This document shows positions 36,270 to 51,200 of a DNA stretch of 64,000 nucleotides, piece after piece. A program made the translations under genes and the position numbers. Below the pieces are notes generated by a model that was not told the origin of the DNA, searched no databases, and was given only the letters and a program-made list of their open reading frames with translations. This DNA is from Podarcis bocagei (taxonomy: Eukaryota). Location of the stretch: the NCBI GenBank assembly GCA_964188305.1, contig OZ076889.1. One strand, written 5' to 3'. Numbering within the stretch: the first letter of the stretch is position 1; every line of letters starts with the position of its first letter.

Positions 36270-39200
36270 AGAAATCAAGCAATGCAATCAGTGTATACAT
36301 ACAATTTTGTCAGCTGCGGCATTTGCTATTGTGCTGGCACCTCTCTCCAAGTAGGCCTGAAGGAGTCTCACCAAAGGGGGGATGTTTCCTGACCTCTCCC
36401 ACAAGACTGGCTGAAGCAGGTGTGGAAATAAGGCCATATACGACGATGGGATGTCATTTTTATGCATTTCCAGAAGCAGAGACATCACTTGAAACACATA
36501 TGGAATGAATTCTGTTGAAAGGGGAAGACAGTTTATAAGTGACAGGAGGGTGCATTCATGTGTGCAAATACTGATACCTACAGTATAATCCAAAGAAGCA
36601 TTTTGTGATTTTGAGCTGGTTGTGAACTCTCAGTCTAACCTACCTCCTCAGAGAATGAGAAACCACCATTTATAGCACCCTGAGGTTATTGGAGTAAGGG
36701 TGGGCCAATAACATAAATAAATGAATATAGCCACACAAATTAAGATTTTTCTTCTTTTGGCTTACATAAAGATAAGAACATATGGGTGGTCATATGTACA
36801 TCTGCCAAATATAAAAAGGTGTAAATAGGTATATTTTCAATTAGATAAATAAATAATGGCTACTTGAACTGCAGACACTGTTTATACCATATTTCAAAGA
36901 AGCCAGATCATGTTTTATTTTTACCTTGCACGTCATTCTGCAGAATCTCTGTGAACACCATAAACAAAGCATCTTCAAAGCTTCCAATAGCAGTGGGGTT
37001 TGCTTTGCAAGTTATCCTTATTGACAAGCAAATTGATTCAAACATGTAATGATTAAAGTGAGGCTTGCTTGGATTCTAAAAAGGAAAAGGAAAAAAAGAA
37101 GACGTGAACACCACAAAGTTACTGATAAGATTCTTACTTAAACTAAAAAGCAAGAAGTTGCTTTCAGTGCAACTATCATTACCTAAAACATGATAATTCT
37201 AGTCACACCATAGGAAAGCAAACAGTTAACCTCTGACATGAGCCTCCTCCAATCTCTAATCAGGTCAAAATCTGAAAATGGCCATATTTAGCTTGTATCT
37301 GGCTAGAATCTCCTCTTGAATTCCCAAGGCTGCCTTAGATGAATATCAACACGCTTCTGACTACCAAGTTACTTTTCACCGTATAGGTGGACGTACAACT
37401 ATATATTAAGAAAAATCACATGACAAGCTTAAATGCTTCCATGCAAGTTCCAATCACAATTTTTACTATAACTTACTAGATCCTCATTTAACTTGCATGG
37501 AAATTACATGAAAACACAGTGAAAAAATATTTTGATGTTTATTAACTATTAATTTTATTCAGCAGACACACTTGGGGTTTTTTTTGGCTATGCTTTTATA
37601 TGTACCGTATTTTGCGCCCCATAGGACGCTCCGGCCCATAGGACGCACCTAGTTTTTTGGGGGGGAAATAAAGAAAAAAAATTTTATTTCCCCCCCCCCC
37701 AGGTGCAGGGCTGGAAGAACCAGGTTGGGGAACAGTGGGAAGGCACGCTCTGCCTCCCCGTTGTCCCCCGAGCTTGTGGGGCTGGCGATGGGCAGAGCTG
37801 TGCTGATCCCGGGATGGCAGGCAGCTCTGCGCCGCCATCCGGAGCAGGGCGGGACTTAGCGCCCCGCTCCGGATGGCGGCGCAGAGCTGCGCTGGTCCCA
37901 GGACTGCAGGCAGCTCTGCGCGGCCACCGGGAGCGGGGCGGAGCTTAGCGCCCCACTCCGGATGGCAGCGCACAGCTGCGCTGGTCCCAGGAGTGGAGGC
38001 AGCTCTGCGCGGTACATTTGTTCTGTAGTATTCAGTGGAATCTCCTGATGTGCCTCTACAAAAATTCAATAGAATTCTTTTAAAAAGCGGATACAGTGAT
38101 ATAAGTAAGAGAAAACCTAAGGTTAAAATAAAGTTGTATTCAATAGCTCTTGTCCATAAACACAAGCCCAGAGCAGCACTGTGTGTGCAGATCCACTGTG
38201 TGCCCAGTGGATCTTGGGATCATGGTGAGTACCTCCCCCCCCACACACATAATTTGGTTCCCTAACAAGGATTCAAGCAAGCTTTATATTTTAAATTGGC
38301 AAGGGATTACATCAACACAAGTGACAAAAAGTGAACCTCTAAATCAGGTCGAGAAAAGGGGAACAGAAGAAAGCAATAGTATCTTCTTTTTTACCTTACT
38401 GACAGCAAGCAGTTTCTGTGTGAGTTGAGTGATGAGAGAAGGGATGTAGGGAATTATGGCTTCCTGAAGTAGGGAAAAGCTTCTCATGATAGCTGGAAAT
38501 TCAGAGATTTATATTACTGAATGCAGAAACAACAGCAACATTAAGCTTAACAATACCTTTTTTTCCTTGCATAAAAATACTAGATCTTGTAGGTTGCATC
38601 CAAGATAAGAACTTGTTTATTAAGTTTTATATAGGCACGTAGCACCGCATTGAAAAATACTAACGGGAGAACCTCTAAGATAGAAAAAGTGGTTTAAATT
38701 TGAGGGTAACTATTTGGACTAATAAATGTAGCCTCTTACCTTTCATAATATACTCATTTTCTGATGACCCTGGAAGTGTCAGTGCTTTGAAAAGGTTTGT
38801 TAGCAGCATTTCTGTATATGGTGCCATCTCTGCAGCCGTAATCCTGTAGAGGAAAAGAGTGTTTGATTATCACCAATATTTTTCCAATGACTCATCAAGA
38901 TCCTCTACTTTGGAGAGTCTTACCAATCCTGAATGGACACCAGAGGGAATGCGAGAATGTATGAAATCCTAGAGTATGACAGTGCAAGGGACAGAGAGAT
39001 GGAGAAGGCCAACTCATTTTCAAGTGCCTCTGGAGCGCAGTCAACTTGGAAATCAGCTAAAAACTCTGGTTTTAGAAAATGCAAGAACTAGCATAATAAA
39101 CATGTGTGTGGTTTTATCAATTTAGGATTCTTCATATACAGTGAGGGATATAGCCAAAGCGGCAAGAAATCAATGAATAGATGAGTGTAACATATATACC

Positions 39201-42200
39201 TGAACATAAACTTACAGTGTAGTGTTGTTAGCTCCTTTCATTGTAAATAACCTTTCAAGAGCATGGGCTGCATAAGTATGAACTACAATGCTTTCTGCTT
39301 GAAGATGATTGATTAGGAGAGGAATAGACACCAATAGTTGTTCTTTGGGTACCTACAAAATAGACACATAGGTAAAAATGCTTTAGAAGCAAGTACCAAG
39401 CAGTTTTGGAAGAATTAGGTCAGAAACAATGGACTGAAAAAATCCATCTGTTATTACAATGTTTTGGTCATTTCAATTGTTATATAAGCAGACCACTGTA
39501 ACTTTCCTGCATGAGGTATATATACATTGTGCAGCCATACCTGTATTAAGCTTTTTTAAAAATTACTGTGCATATTCTATTAAACCAAGGTCATGGGTCA
39601 AGTAAGAGTTCCTAGCCACAGCAATTCAATGTGGGTGGGGGAATCTGTGGGGGAAGAACTGCCAGCAGCAACTGCAGACACCGTGTGTGTTGGGTGTGGG
39701 GGAGGAAAAACAAGCACAGCAGCTCTAGAGCCAGCAATTTCCCCCTCCCTTGCTGGGGAAGCAAGAGATCTTTGGAGCCTATAGACCCCAAGCCTCTCTT
39801 TCATGTGCCCCTAACATGTCCCTTTTTACCTCCTTACTGCCAAATCACTGATAGTAGAGGGACAGCCTTGGAGGCTGCTGCAGCCACAACAAAGAGGTTT
39901 CCAGGAGGCCACAGAAACTGAGGCTCATGAAATCCTATGGTCCCCAGGATGCTGTCCCATGGACCTTTGGAATGTTTTGCATATTAGAAGATTGCATAGC
40001 TGAAGATTTTAGAAGATATCACACACACGAAAACAGGAGCACTTTCTGTACCTGTTCTAAGAAACATAAAGTATGAAATTAGAGAATCTTCCCCAAATCA
40101 ATTATGATCTGTTCACTGGATTCCAGGGAAAGGGTTTTGTCATCTGTATACTGTAACCTTTTCAGAATTGGAGGTTTTAAAATGGGGTGGGGTGGGGTAC
40201 CCTAAAATAATTTATGTTATTTTCCAGAAGTACTGATACCACACTGTGAAACAATTAGTACAGTTCTAGGTACACCATTTGCAGTATTTTTCCCACACAA
40301 AAAATAGTCTATCAAACAATTTCAGCTGGATGTTAAGAACTCTGAACTTACTTGGTTCCTGAAAATCATGATGTACTTGATACCATCAGCCTTAAGCACG
40401 GGAAACTCATTCACTGCCAAAAAGTTAATACTAGTTACTTATGCGGTTACCATATAGACAAAATTAGATATATAATAGAAGTTCAAAGTCCCTCAAATTT
40501 CACAGCATATTCCCACAATTTATCAACAGAATAAAGATTCCCACTGACAGTCTCAAGCTTAAGGAGAGACAAGATTGCAGAATGACACACACACAAAAAT
40601 GCTCTTCACTTGGCTCTCCTTTGTTCTGTCCCCATATCCATTACTCCACCCAACTTCAAAAAAATAACTCCAGCCACCCTCAATTTCTGGACCCACATTA
40701 AGAACATAGGAAGCCGTCTTCTACTATGCCAGAACACTGGTCCACCTTGACAAATATTGTCAACTCAAACAGTGGGGAACATAAGGTCCTGGCACTGTAC
40801 ACAAGCCACACTTCCTCCCCAACTTTTTCCTCTCCCCCTGGTTGGAATGTGCCCATGAACTCTGATAATGGCTCCTACACAGAGGACAGAGAGGAGTGTG
40901 AGACATGCATACAAACTAGTTTATTGTATAAAGGCAAAATCTGCATTCATTGCTCTGCCCACTTTTGTCGTTGGCCCTGCCCACCACTTGCATGTGGCCC
41001 CTGAAAGGTTGCTTTGATAATCTTCAGCCGATAAGGGTTCCGCACCCCAGGCCACTCTGAGTGGCAGAGGCTTTCCAGGATCTTGGACAGTTTGCCCACC
41101 GATACCAGGTGTGCATCTACAAAAATACAATATACAAGGCAATCCACTAAAGCATGATAAGAAATTAAAGAGATCTTATGACTGTTTTAGTTATCTATGC
41201 CCATGTCTTCCCTGCATGACACAACAACACAGATCCAAAATTATTCCCATGTTCGTTTACATTTATTGGTGTTACAGATGTTTAATATAGAATTCTAAGC
41301 ATACCATTAGGAGACTTCAGGTCTGGTAGAATGTGATTCACAAAGAATTCCGTCAGGTTTACAAGTTCATTGGCTTGTGTTATTCCATGCTAGGATGAAA
41401 AAAGTGTGATAAAAGAATCATAAACAATATTAATTGCTGGACTGGTTTATAGAAGCTCCCATTTACACACTAATGAAGTTTGCATGTGAATGATATTTGG
41501 CAATTTCTGTAAGTATTCATTGTATATACTTTGGCTTCAAGCACTGGATTGTGAATGGGAGAAGGAATGAGTACTCTTATATTCTACTTATAGGATACTA
41601 GGTTAGCCTATTTCAGATATCTAATATCGTTATGAAAGGTGCAAGTGAAAGGTAGGTTAACCACAATACATTTTATGCCATGTCTTCTAAAATGTAAAAA
41701 ACACAACTTTGATAGAAACAGCCTATATTGCAAACATAATAATAGTCCTGAAAAAAGCTAATTCTCCATATGCTCATGATTGTTATGTCAATTTAGGTAT
41801 TTATTGTAGAGGTGCTCTAAATCTGTGAAGTAATGTAATCAGTACTTCTAATTTCAATTGTTGGTAAAATGGAAATTCCCATTCGAGATAACAGAGCAGC
41901 ACATGGCTATCCCCAAAACACCAAAAATTATAAAGCTGGGCCACTGTTCTGAAACTTTATTTTCCATATGTCCCACCTCTTATATTTACATCAAGTGCTG
42001 AAGTCCCCACCCCAACATTCTGCCAAGCCTAGAAGAGATTGTTAAACCACAGCAATCCAATCCTTGAACACTTAAATTAGCATACTTCCAAGAAGGCATG
42101 CATGGGAATGCAACAAAATTGGAAGCAGTGACTGCAGAGGTTGTTCCCAGGGCAAATACCAAATTTTGCTCATGGGTTGACCTACTCTATATAAACTATT

Positions 42201-45200
42201 CCAAAGTCAATTTTATATATCTAAAAGTCTGTGGGTCATAAACATGTCATTACTGTGAAGAAAGCTCTTCCACGGAGTGCTTACTATTAAATAATGGTTC
42301 TTCTCCCCAAGGAAATGGGTCTGGATGGGTATTCAACTTATGTACCCTGTGATGCAAACAAGTACCTTTTGTGTCTGAGCTTTTGATGCCAAAGATGTTA
42401 CAAGGTAAATAGCAGCATCTTTATGCTTCCAGTTGACAGATGGATTCTTTGCATACTCTTGCAGCATAGAGTTAACGTAACCAGAAAAGATCCCAGTAAC
42501 AGGTCCTTCAAAAAACTTGCACAACCCTCTTACAAGATCACAGGCTGCTCTGCGTCTGGTATCAATATCTGCAAGGCAGAGATAAAAACAAGATGCATTA
42601 TGGGTTATATTAAAACAATGTTTCTTCATTTTGAAGCTCTGCTTGCAAAACGGCTAAATTGGATTCGCCCTGCTGTGCTTCAGGGACAGAGCAATTTGCT
42701 AAAATAGGCTTCTCTATTATTATTCATAAAAATCATGCTAGTGGTATTAAGGAATGCAGAATTACAAAATCTGCCAAAATATTGATTCTCATGAATATAA
42801 ATGAAACCAAAAACTGCAGGGCCATAGCATCAAAACACAAGTAAAATAACATTCAGAAGAATTTTGGGACTATTTAAAGGATAGTTTAGGATCCTATAAA
42901 ACTAATCCTGACACAGTCAGCAATTTAAGATCACAAGGGAAACAAATGGTTCACTAAAAATGACTGCTCCCTGCAACATGTGCCCCTCAAAGGCTCAGAA
43001 GAAACTCTCAGTCCCAGAGTTCAATGGGTTTTAAATTCCAAGTGTGCACATATGTAACTGAGACTGCTGAGTAAAAAGTATGTGAAGCACTCAACCCAAA
43101 TGCATCTGCTTCTTTGGTACTCCATAGAAACAGACTATATATTAGAAGAGAGGGTGTGAAAAGCTACAAGAAGAAAATTCTGGCTGGGGTAAAGAAGAAC
43201 TTCATAGAGAACTGTTTGGAGTAACTCAAGAGTGGAGGCTGAGCTGTCAGTAGGAGAAGGCTGTAGGCACTGGATAAATAAAGTACAACAACAATTTAAT
43301 CTGATGTAGTGCTAGGCCTTCTAGTGTTGCAGTAATACACCAGCAACTACTAAAAAGCAAGACAAAAACAAGTAACCCTTAAAGCAAGCAAAATTGCCTT
43401 AAGGCTTGTCAGATGAACCCCCACCCCCAATAGCCAACAAATGTGCTCATCCATGGAATCACAGGACAAGCGCAAAAAACCCACACCATTACATATTTGA
43501 ATCCCAAAGGGAAGAAGTATTTTAACCCTATTACGAATGCATGCCTATTCAAGGGAAGACAATTAATGCATGTACTTATGCACATGTCAACACTTCAGAA
43601 AACTGCATCAGTTCTCAAATGCCATTATACACCCAGTATAGAACTGCTTACCAGATCCTTCCAAGTCTCTTCTGATATATTCTTCAGAATTATCTTCAAA
43701 GGCTTCTTCATCAGCAGCTGCAGAAAAGCAGTCCACAAACATGTAAAAGATCAGCCATGATATACAAACTGCATTTATTTTAATATAACATATGCTTGTA
43801 AATAAATTTAAATCACCTATTATTGGGCTCTGTTTTATGAAGTTACCATGATCAAGGCAATGGGAGTTCGTGAACCATCAGTATTTTAAATGAGAGTAGT
43901 AAATAAAGTTCTTATCTAGAATACTCAGGCCAGGGTCCAAATTACATTGTGGAACTATTTTCATAAAGCCATGCATGGTGTTTACTCCTCCTTTAAATAG
44001 CAACCCTGCACCATACTGCACAGCAAATTAGTTTCGAAACAGAGATTTCCAGAAGCAGCAGCTTATGGTATAGCATTGCTATTCAAAGGCAAAAAGTAAA
44101 AGATTCCATTAGCATGAGATGCTCTTTAGATCCTGATCACAACCAATGTATATCTTTGTATGACAAAATATTAAGGATAGCTTGGAGTAGCTGGGGATTT
44201 TAACTGTTGGGCTGCTTCAGACATAAAGCCAAATCTTTAACAACAAGATTTGAAGCAGCCTCTCCTTAGACATGATGATTCCCTGACTTCTTTCATCATT
44301 TGAGGTGAACTATGATTTACCATTTCATCTGAACTGCCAAAATTATAGTTTGTACTTCGCCCAACAAACTAAGACTGGAAATCAGTTTGAGATACTGAAA
44401 GACTCATTTCTGGAGTACAAAAACTTTCTTTGGCATTATGTATGAACCACTTCATGACAGAGACAGGGGGAAATCCAATTAATGTAAAAGCAGTGTACTA
44501 CACTCAGATTAAACTGAGCTAGAAGCACTAGTGGATGAGGAACTCAACTCTTCCAAACTGATGAGTTACTTCAGTCACTCATGATGGGATGGGATACCTG
44601 TACCCCTCTGGATACTGCTGGAATCCCAACTCCCATCAGCCCCGCCCAGCGTGACCAATGGTCAGAAATAGTGGGAGTTGCAGTCCAACAACAGCTGGAG
44701 TGACAGAAGTTCCCCAACTCTGACGGACATACATATTACATATATATAAAAGGGAAGTGCAGTTCTGAGAGTGCAGAACAGAAAATGCCTCTCAAAACCA
44801 TGCTGCAAACCTCTTGAACGCAAATGGCCACAAATACAGTCCATTACTTGGCTACTGTGCCAGTTCTAAAGCCCTCAGTATTAAAAACTCAATTTTTGCT
44901 TTCCTGGAAAATTTTAATCAAGATTTTAAAGAAAGGAAATATTTACCTCTAAATTCCATGTTGGGAACAATGACTTTTTCACAAATACTTGTCAGTGTAT
45001 TCTGGTCTTCAAACAGGTGCTTATAATGGGGCCTCTCACAAACCGAAGCTAGAAACTGGATTGCATTACTTACCAACTGAGGGGGGGAAAACACAAAATG
45101 AGCATAATCTGAAGACCACCTAAAAAAAGGTTCATTTATTTCAAGCTGGATGGAAGAGAGTCACTTACCAAATCATATTTAACTTCTTGCCCTGTTGTGA

Positions 45201-48200
45201 CTAATAAATTCCAGATTGCTGTGACAAAACGGGGCAGGTAAGGCTGAAATTCTTCATCATATTTTTGGGCGTACAAAGCTGCATTGTCACAAATTTGGGA
45301 TTTCAAAAGCTCTAACAGACCAGCTTCTTCTTCATCCTGGCAACAAAAAAGAAGCACCACCAACGTATTTGGAAAATGTAGTCTCCTAGTACCCCTGACA
45401 TCTGCCAAAGCAGCAAGTAAAGTAAATGAAAGGAGGGGATTTGGAGGCAGGAGGAGGGCAAGGTGGTCAGAAGGCTCAGGAGATGAAAACGGGACAATAA
45501 CACATGCCTAGGGGCATCATCTAGGGTAAAAGTCCCAACTGGGTTCCAAAATCAGCCAAGCAATTCCCCATGTCTTGAAAAAGTAGTTTGTGTTGCCCAA
45601 AACCAAAATCCTAGTCTAGCTGGAGAAATGTTCCCAAACACTAACAGATTAACTAGATGCTCATCCGAGGGCAGGCTTGGTAGCATTTCCCTCTTCCAAA
45701 GCCAATTTCTCATTGCCCAGTCAGTCATCACATATGACCATGACAAGAGAATTACCACTATCAACATATGGACCCAGTGCTATGATATGTTATACAAAGG
45801 GACACAATTTTTTATTTGAGAAAATTACCATCTACCTTTAATCTTTCCTATACTGGCTCCACAATTTCCCTCCAAGAGAATGACAAAAATCAGAATTACT
45901 TGAGCTACTGCAATTTCAGTGTCCTGTTCAGAACCCAGGAAAGCTTCTTTTTTGCAGCTCAAGTGGAGTTCTGAATCCCCTTTCCCATGACACAGAAATT
46001 TTCCAAAAGGTTGCGTGACCAACTATCAGGGATGATGAGTTTTAGTCTAGCAACATTTGGAGAGCGACAGCTTCTCTATCCCACTTTTATGTTGCTACTT
46101 ACATCTGTCTGTAAGAGTTTGTTATCCAAAGTTAGAAGATTATGGAAATTCATCATCCAGGTTTCCATGTTATCTTCAAAAAATTCAGGAAGATCCTACA
46201 AAATAGAGAAGTAGATCCACATCCGTAGTTATTTTTCTATTAGGTAATTGCTTATTTAATAAGCATATTTTCCTGTCTATTTTGGCATGCAACCTGCTCA
46301 AAGAAATACAGAATTACTTTTTTTAAAAAAAGAGAAGGTATGAAACATAATTTTCAACTGCTAAAGGAAATCCAAAGCCCAAGAGACACAAGCCAAGTCA
46401 ATTTCTCTGTAGCTTTTAACATGTGTAGCTCATCAACCTTCTCCTCAGTTTTCAATCAGCATAGCAGGAGCTGTGTAACAACCAGCTTGCTTTACGGCTT
46501 GACAGTGCTTCAAGGCAATGGAACTGCAGCCTATTGTGTCAGATCCATTTTGCTCACCCAGGGTTCCCAGAATTAAGGGTCATTGTGGACCACATTAGTC
46601 TTAGTAACAGATGCATCTAAGCCCTGCTTCTTTATTTACTGGCCTACCATTATGCCTATGAAGAGTAAAAAACAAGAAGCACCCACCTTTCCTTTGACTT
46701 AATTAAACTTAAGTAGGTTTATTACCCCTAAATTTGAGAGGTTCTGTCTGTCAACAGCTATCGTTCCCTCTGTTCTTTTGTCTCCTGACACAACCTTTGA
46801 TCAAATCCAGTCTTACCAAAAATAATCAGCACTGAATCCAAATCTGAAAAGCCAAGCTTCTTATACTAAAAGGTTACATGCACATTACTTTAGATTTGTT
46901 AAATCTCTAACAAACAACTTATCCTAGCACACTTATGGAGCACTGACATTTGGCCAGATACTTGCGTTTTTAAACTTGCTTGCATCTCCAAAACCCATCA
47001 AGAATTTTGGCTAGCAGCACCGAGGTTTTTAATCATGCAGTTATCCATCAGTGAAATTGCTCCTATACAGAAAGTTGCTTGCAGGATCAGAACTATCCAC
47101 TAGAAGAGCATGTAAAAGATGGCTTACCTGAAAATTTAAACTGTAGAACAGCTTAGCAATCAGAATCAGAGATGAGAAGAGTACTTTCAAAGCACTGACA
47201 TCATTTGCATGAGTACTACAAAGCTCAATTGTGGCCTGGAAAAGAGCAATTTTAATAGCAATCACCAACAAAATCTATTCAGACACTTGCCAATACTGTT
47301 CCACTTCTGTGAAAGCTCACTGATGCCACAAATTCATGCCTCTCATTCAAATTCAACTAAATGTAATTTCTCTTTTCTATTAAAAGCACAATATATGTAC
47401 AAAACCAGATAAACTAAAACATCAATAAAATATAAAAGCAACAAAAAAAGGCACAGCCTAGAAAAGAGAGGTCTGAACACCAATAGCACTGTTTTAATAA
47501 AAACATCTTAATTTAGCATCAATTATTGCAGTTATTAATAAACAGCATATGATGCTAACACATCCTCTTTAAAAACGATCAGAGTAAGAATGGAAGATTT
47601 TAGTTCAAACTTTATCTTCTTCACCTTATATATCTGACTATCGCAGCAGCTAGGACAGAAGTAGGAACTTCATAAAAGTCAACATAAAATGCTTTATGTT
47701 GGCTGTGAAGTTAAAAAAAGACATTACACAGAAGGTATATAAATCAATTCCATATTTCAAATACAACACTGTACCTTAAAGAGATTTGTCAAGGGAAGTG
47801 CGAAAGCATCAAGAACAAGTTTGATCTCTGTCCACAGTTCATTTGATTTAAACTCATGACGATACCTGACAAATGAAGGAAAACCAGAACTATTTAATTT
47901 GCATGATCATTTTCTATCAATTTGAAAACTAGAGCCAAGCAAAATAAAGAAGTTAGCAGTTGAAAGGCATTATTGTTAGAGCAGAGTGCTTTTACTTTCA
48001 AAACAGAACTTGGAAATTCACCCACTACCTTTTGAATAAAGAATGCGCTGTACGAAGAACTCCATTAATAACATGGAAGTCTCCACTCTGAAAGCGATTC
48101 ACCATCTCCGTTAGGAGATCAGGCCATTTCTGAGGGAAGTCTTCTCTACCAATTATGCTGATAGCATCACTTAACTAGGACAGAGCGAGACAGAAACATT

Positions 48201-51200
48201 ATGCAGGTATTTGCATGGAGATAAACAACCACCTTACAGTAAACTCAAGACAGACTTTCTACATGTTAAGTATGCAACTGCCAGTGACAAAAGCAGGTGC
48301 ATGTGTACCTCCCTGATCCTCTCTGCAATATCTAGCAGATCTTATTCATGACACCGCAACTACTTTTCCCCCTTCCCCACCCCACTGTCAATGGCAGCAT
48401 GATGGGACAGTGGATCATGTGAAATCATGACAGTGGTACAGGATACTATGGAGGGGGAATTGCATGTACAGCTACCATTTTCAGTGGCAGACTCACATTC
48501 GGTGTCCTGGCTCATTTTGCCTTATGAATATGCCACTTTTACCCTAAGGATGGTATCCAACTAAATAGATCCACTAGGGCAAGGACTTTTGGCTGTGCAA
48601 ATGAATTTCTTCTCCTTCTCTTCTCCCTGACCCCCGCAACCCTTCAAATCTTTTATGGGGGTTCCCTTGACCATCTACAGCAAACTGGGGAGGTACTTGG
48701 GGGGAAAGGAGAGAGAGGAAGTTTCAGTGCACAAGCAGAAATTATTGCACTACTGGGCCTATTTAGTTGCCTTTTCCCCACTCACCCTGGATATCAAACT
48801 AGAACAAGACACTGCATATGGGAAATTCAGCTGGCATACTGGGGTAGTTTCACACACTGCTGAATTATTTCGTGGCTTTTAAAATCTGTCCAAATGTTCT
48901 CATAGGATTCCCTCCCATGGCTTCAATGGCACACCTGTAATCACATGTTTTATCTTCACCATATCAGCTATGTTTGCTAAAATTAAGAAGCGAAAAACCC
49001 AATACTTCTGAAATGTTAATGCAGGTTTCATCTTATTTCCAATAAAAAACTTAATAGCAGCTTCCCTTCTTTGCATATAAGATACATATAATATGAATAG
49101 TAGGAATACATATTAATAATACCAATACAAATCGGAGCAAACTTATCCTTCAGATTTCACACTTCCCTGAATTTTGTAATACAATTCTCAACTCAAAACA
49201 ACATACCAAAATGCACCAAAAATCACTTATTTTAGGGTAAGATATTTAAAAACCAATTTTCATACTGATTTTTTTCCCCAGGTTATATACAGACTTGTGA
49301 ACCAACATGCGTGAAATTGACACAAACCAGAAACAAAGCAACTCATCCGTCCTTAGATGTATCCATTGCTTCTCACTTTAAAACAAAATTTCATATATTA
49401 ACGCAATCAGTCTCCCAGCACAAAACAATTCCCTGTTGAAATAAGCTGAATTCTGGTTTTTTTCTTCATTGTCACCCTCACCTGTTTTTGAATTTGTTCT
49501 GGACTGCTAAGCATTAGGTGTACTATGTTGGCTTTGATGGCTATCCTGTCGGCTTCACATATTTTGTTTGGTTCATCTTCAATCTAGGAACAAAATGTTA
49601 GTTGAGCTAGTATCATAACATCTCGAGATACTTGGATTTTTACATCAAGTGCATTGGCTGAGTTGTAAGCTTTCAGGAAAAAGCAAACGCTACACATTTA
49701 TTCTGAAACATGTTGGGCCCAGGAAATACTTTCCTGTGCATACCGCCAATCAGACAGACAATAGACCACAACCAGTTGCATCACAACAGCTCAGCTGTAA
49801 ACACTACATACTGGCATGTGGATGCATCAGGCGAGATGGGTGGAATTTGCTGACACCAGGAAGCAGAGTTCCATTTCGTGCTCTGTTTCCACTTCCATCT
49901 GAAATAAACTGGTCACCGCATCAGTGTTCTCCATCATCAAACTAAACAGCAACTGCAGGGGTTGCCATGGTGCAGCATCCACTGCTGGCTTATAGCCTCC
50001 CCACTCCACCCCCGCTGCTTCAGTTATCATCTTCACAGGTTTCAAATGCTCCATGAGAAAGGAGCTACCTTCCCAATTCCTGATTCTGTGCCAATAACTG
50101 CAGCTGTAAAATGATACTTTTCCAAATTTATGATTTAAGTATTTATATGACGTTCTTTTCCAACATTTTAAACCCATTGATGAGAAAGCACCTGAAAAGT
50201 AACTGAGTATAAGCTCTTAAAGCAGATTCTGGAACATCCTCAAAATAATAAATATTAACCTCAAAGTGGACCATTTGATTCAGTTGTTTTTAAGTGTCCT
50301 AATTTCCTGTTGCAATGAATTAGTATCAATAGTTGGAAGATCTGAAGCAGATACAGTTCAAAGTTATAAAAATTAAAACACCAATTCTAATGAAAGTAAC
50401 CAAATCAGAAAAGGGTGACATGGTAGGAAGTATAATAAATTCATTCAACAGTTCACCAGTGAGAACTATTTCTCATCTATCAAGATCACTGTACTGTCTC
50501 AAAAATCCTGACTGTGAGAGAGAAAAAATTCTTCTTTTTCTTTCCTCTACTTCTCATTTTTCTTTCCACAGCTCATTTGCAGAAAATAGTAACAACAAGG
50601 CATTTGTAATGTTTTCTGCAAAAGCCAAGTTCAAGCACCACCATCCATACCTTTCTCAAGTTATTTGTAGGTGCCACAGAACTTGGGGAAGGGAGGAGAC
50701 AATGAAGGACACCAATAAAGGATTGGCTAGTGAAACAAGTCCAAATGTGTGGATCCTTGCAACTAGCAAAGCAACCAAAGAAACTGGGATTTCAGATACA
50801 AAATCACTATTCCCTTCAGTATATAAGTGTACTAATAGTATGTTGTTCTGGAAAAATAGATACCTGTTTCTAAAGGTAGCTTTATGGGTAAAAGGTAAAG
50901 GTACCCCTGACCATTAAGTCCAGTCGCGGACAACTCTGGAGTTGCGGTGCTCATCTCGCTCTATAGGCCGAGGGAGCCAGCATACAGCTTCCGGGTCATG
51001 TGGCCAGCATGACTAAGCCGCTTCTGGCGAACCAGAGCAGCGCGTGGAAACTGTGTTTACCTTCCCGTTGGAGCGGTACCCATTTATCTACTTGCACTTA
51101 ACGTGCTTTCAAACTGCTATGTGGGGAGCTGGGACCGAACAACGGGAGCTCACCCCGTCGTGGGGATTTGAACCACCAACCTTCTGATCGGCAAGCCCTA

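Noticed and set aside
37596-38165. 189-aa minus-strand ORF
   Set aside because: Runs through a GC-rich MITE within CSE1L intron 17.
46010-46075. Possible intronic C/D snoRNA or miRNA (ATGATGA, CTGA, flanking stem)
   Set aside because: The C-box is antisense to the host gene, and the sequence is a decayed half of the hairpin MITE family.
50333-50917. 194-aa plus-strand ORF
   Set aside because: Antisense within CSE1L intron 3, non-ATG start, no recognisable motif, and ends in a SINE.
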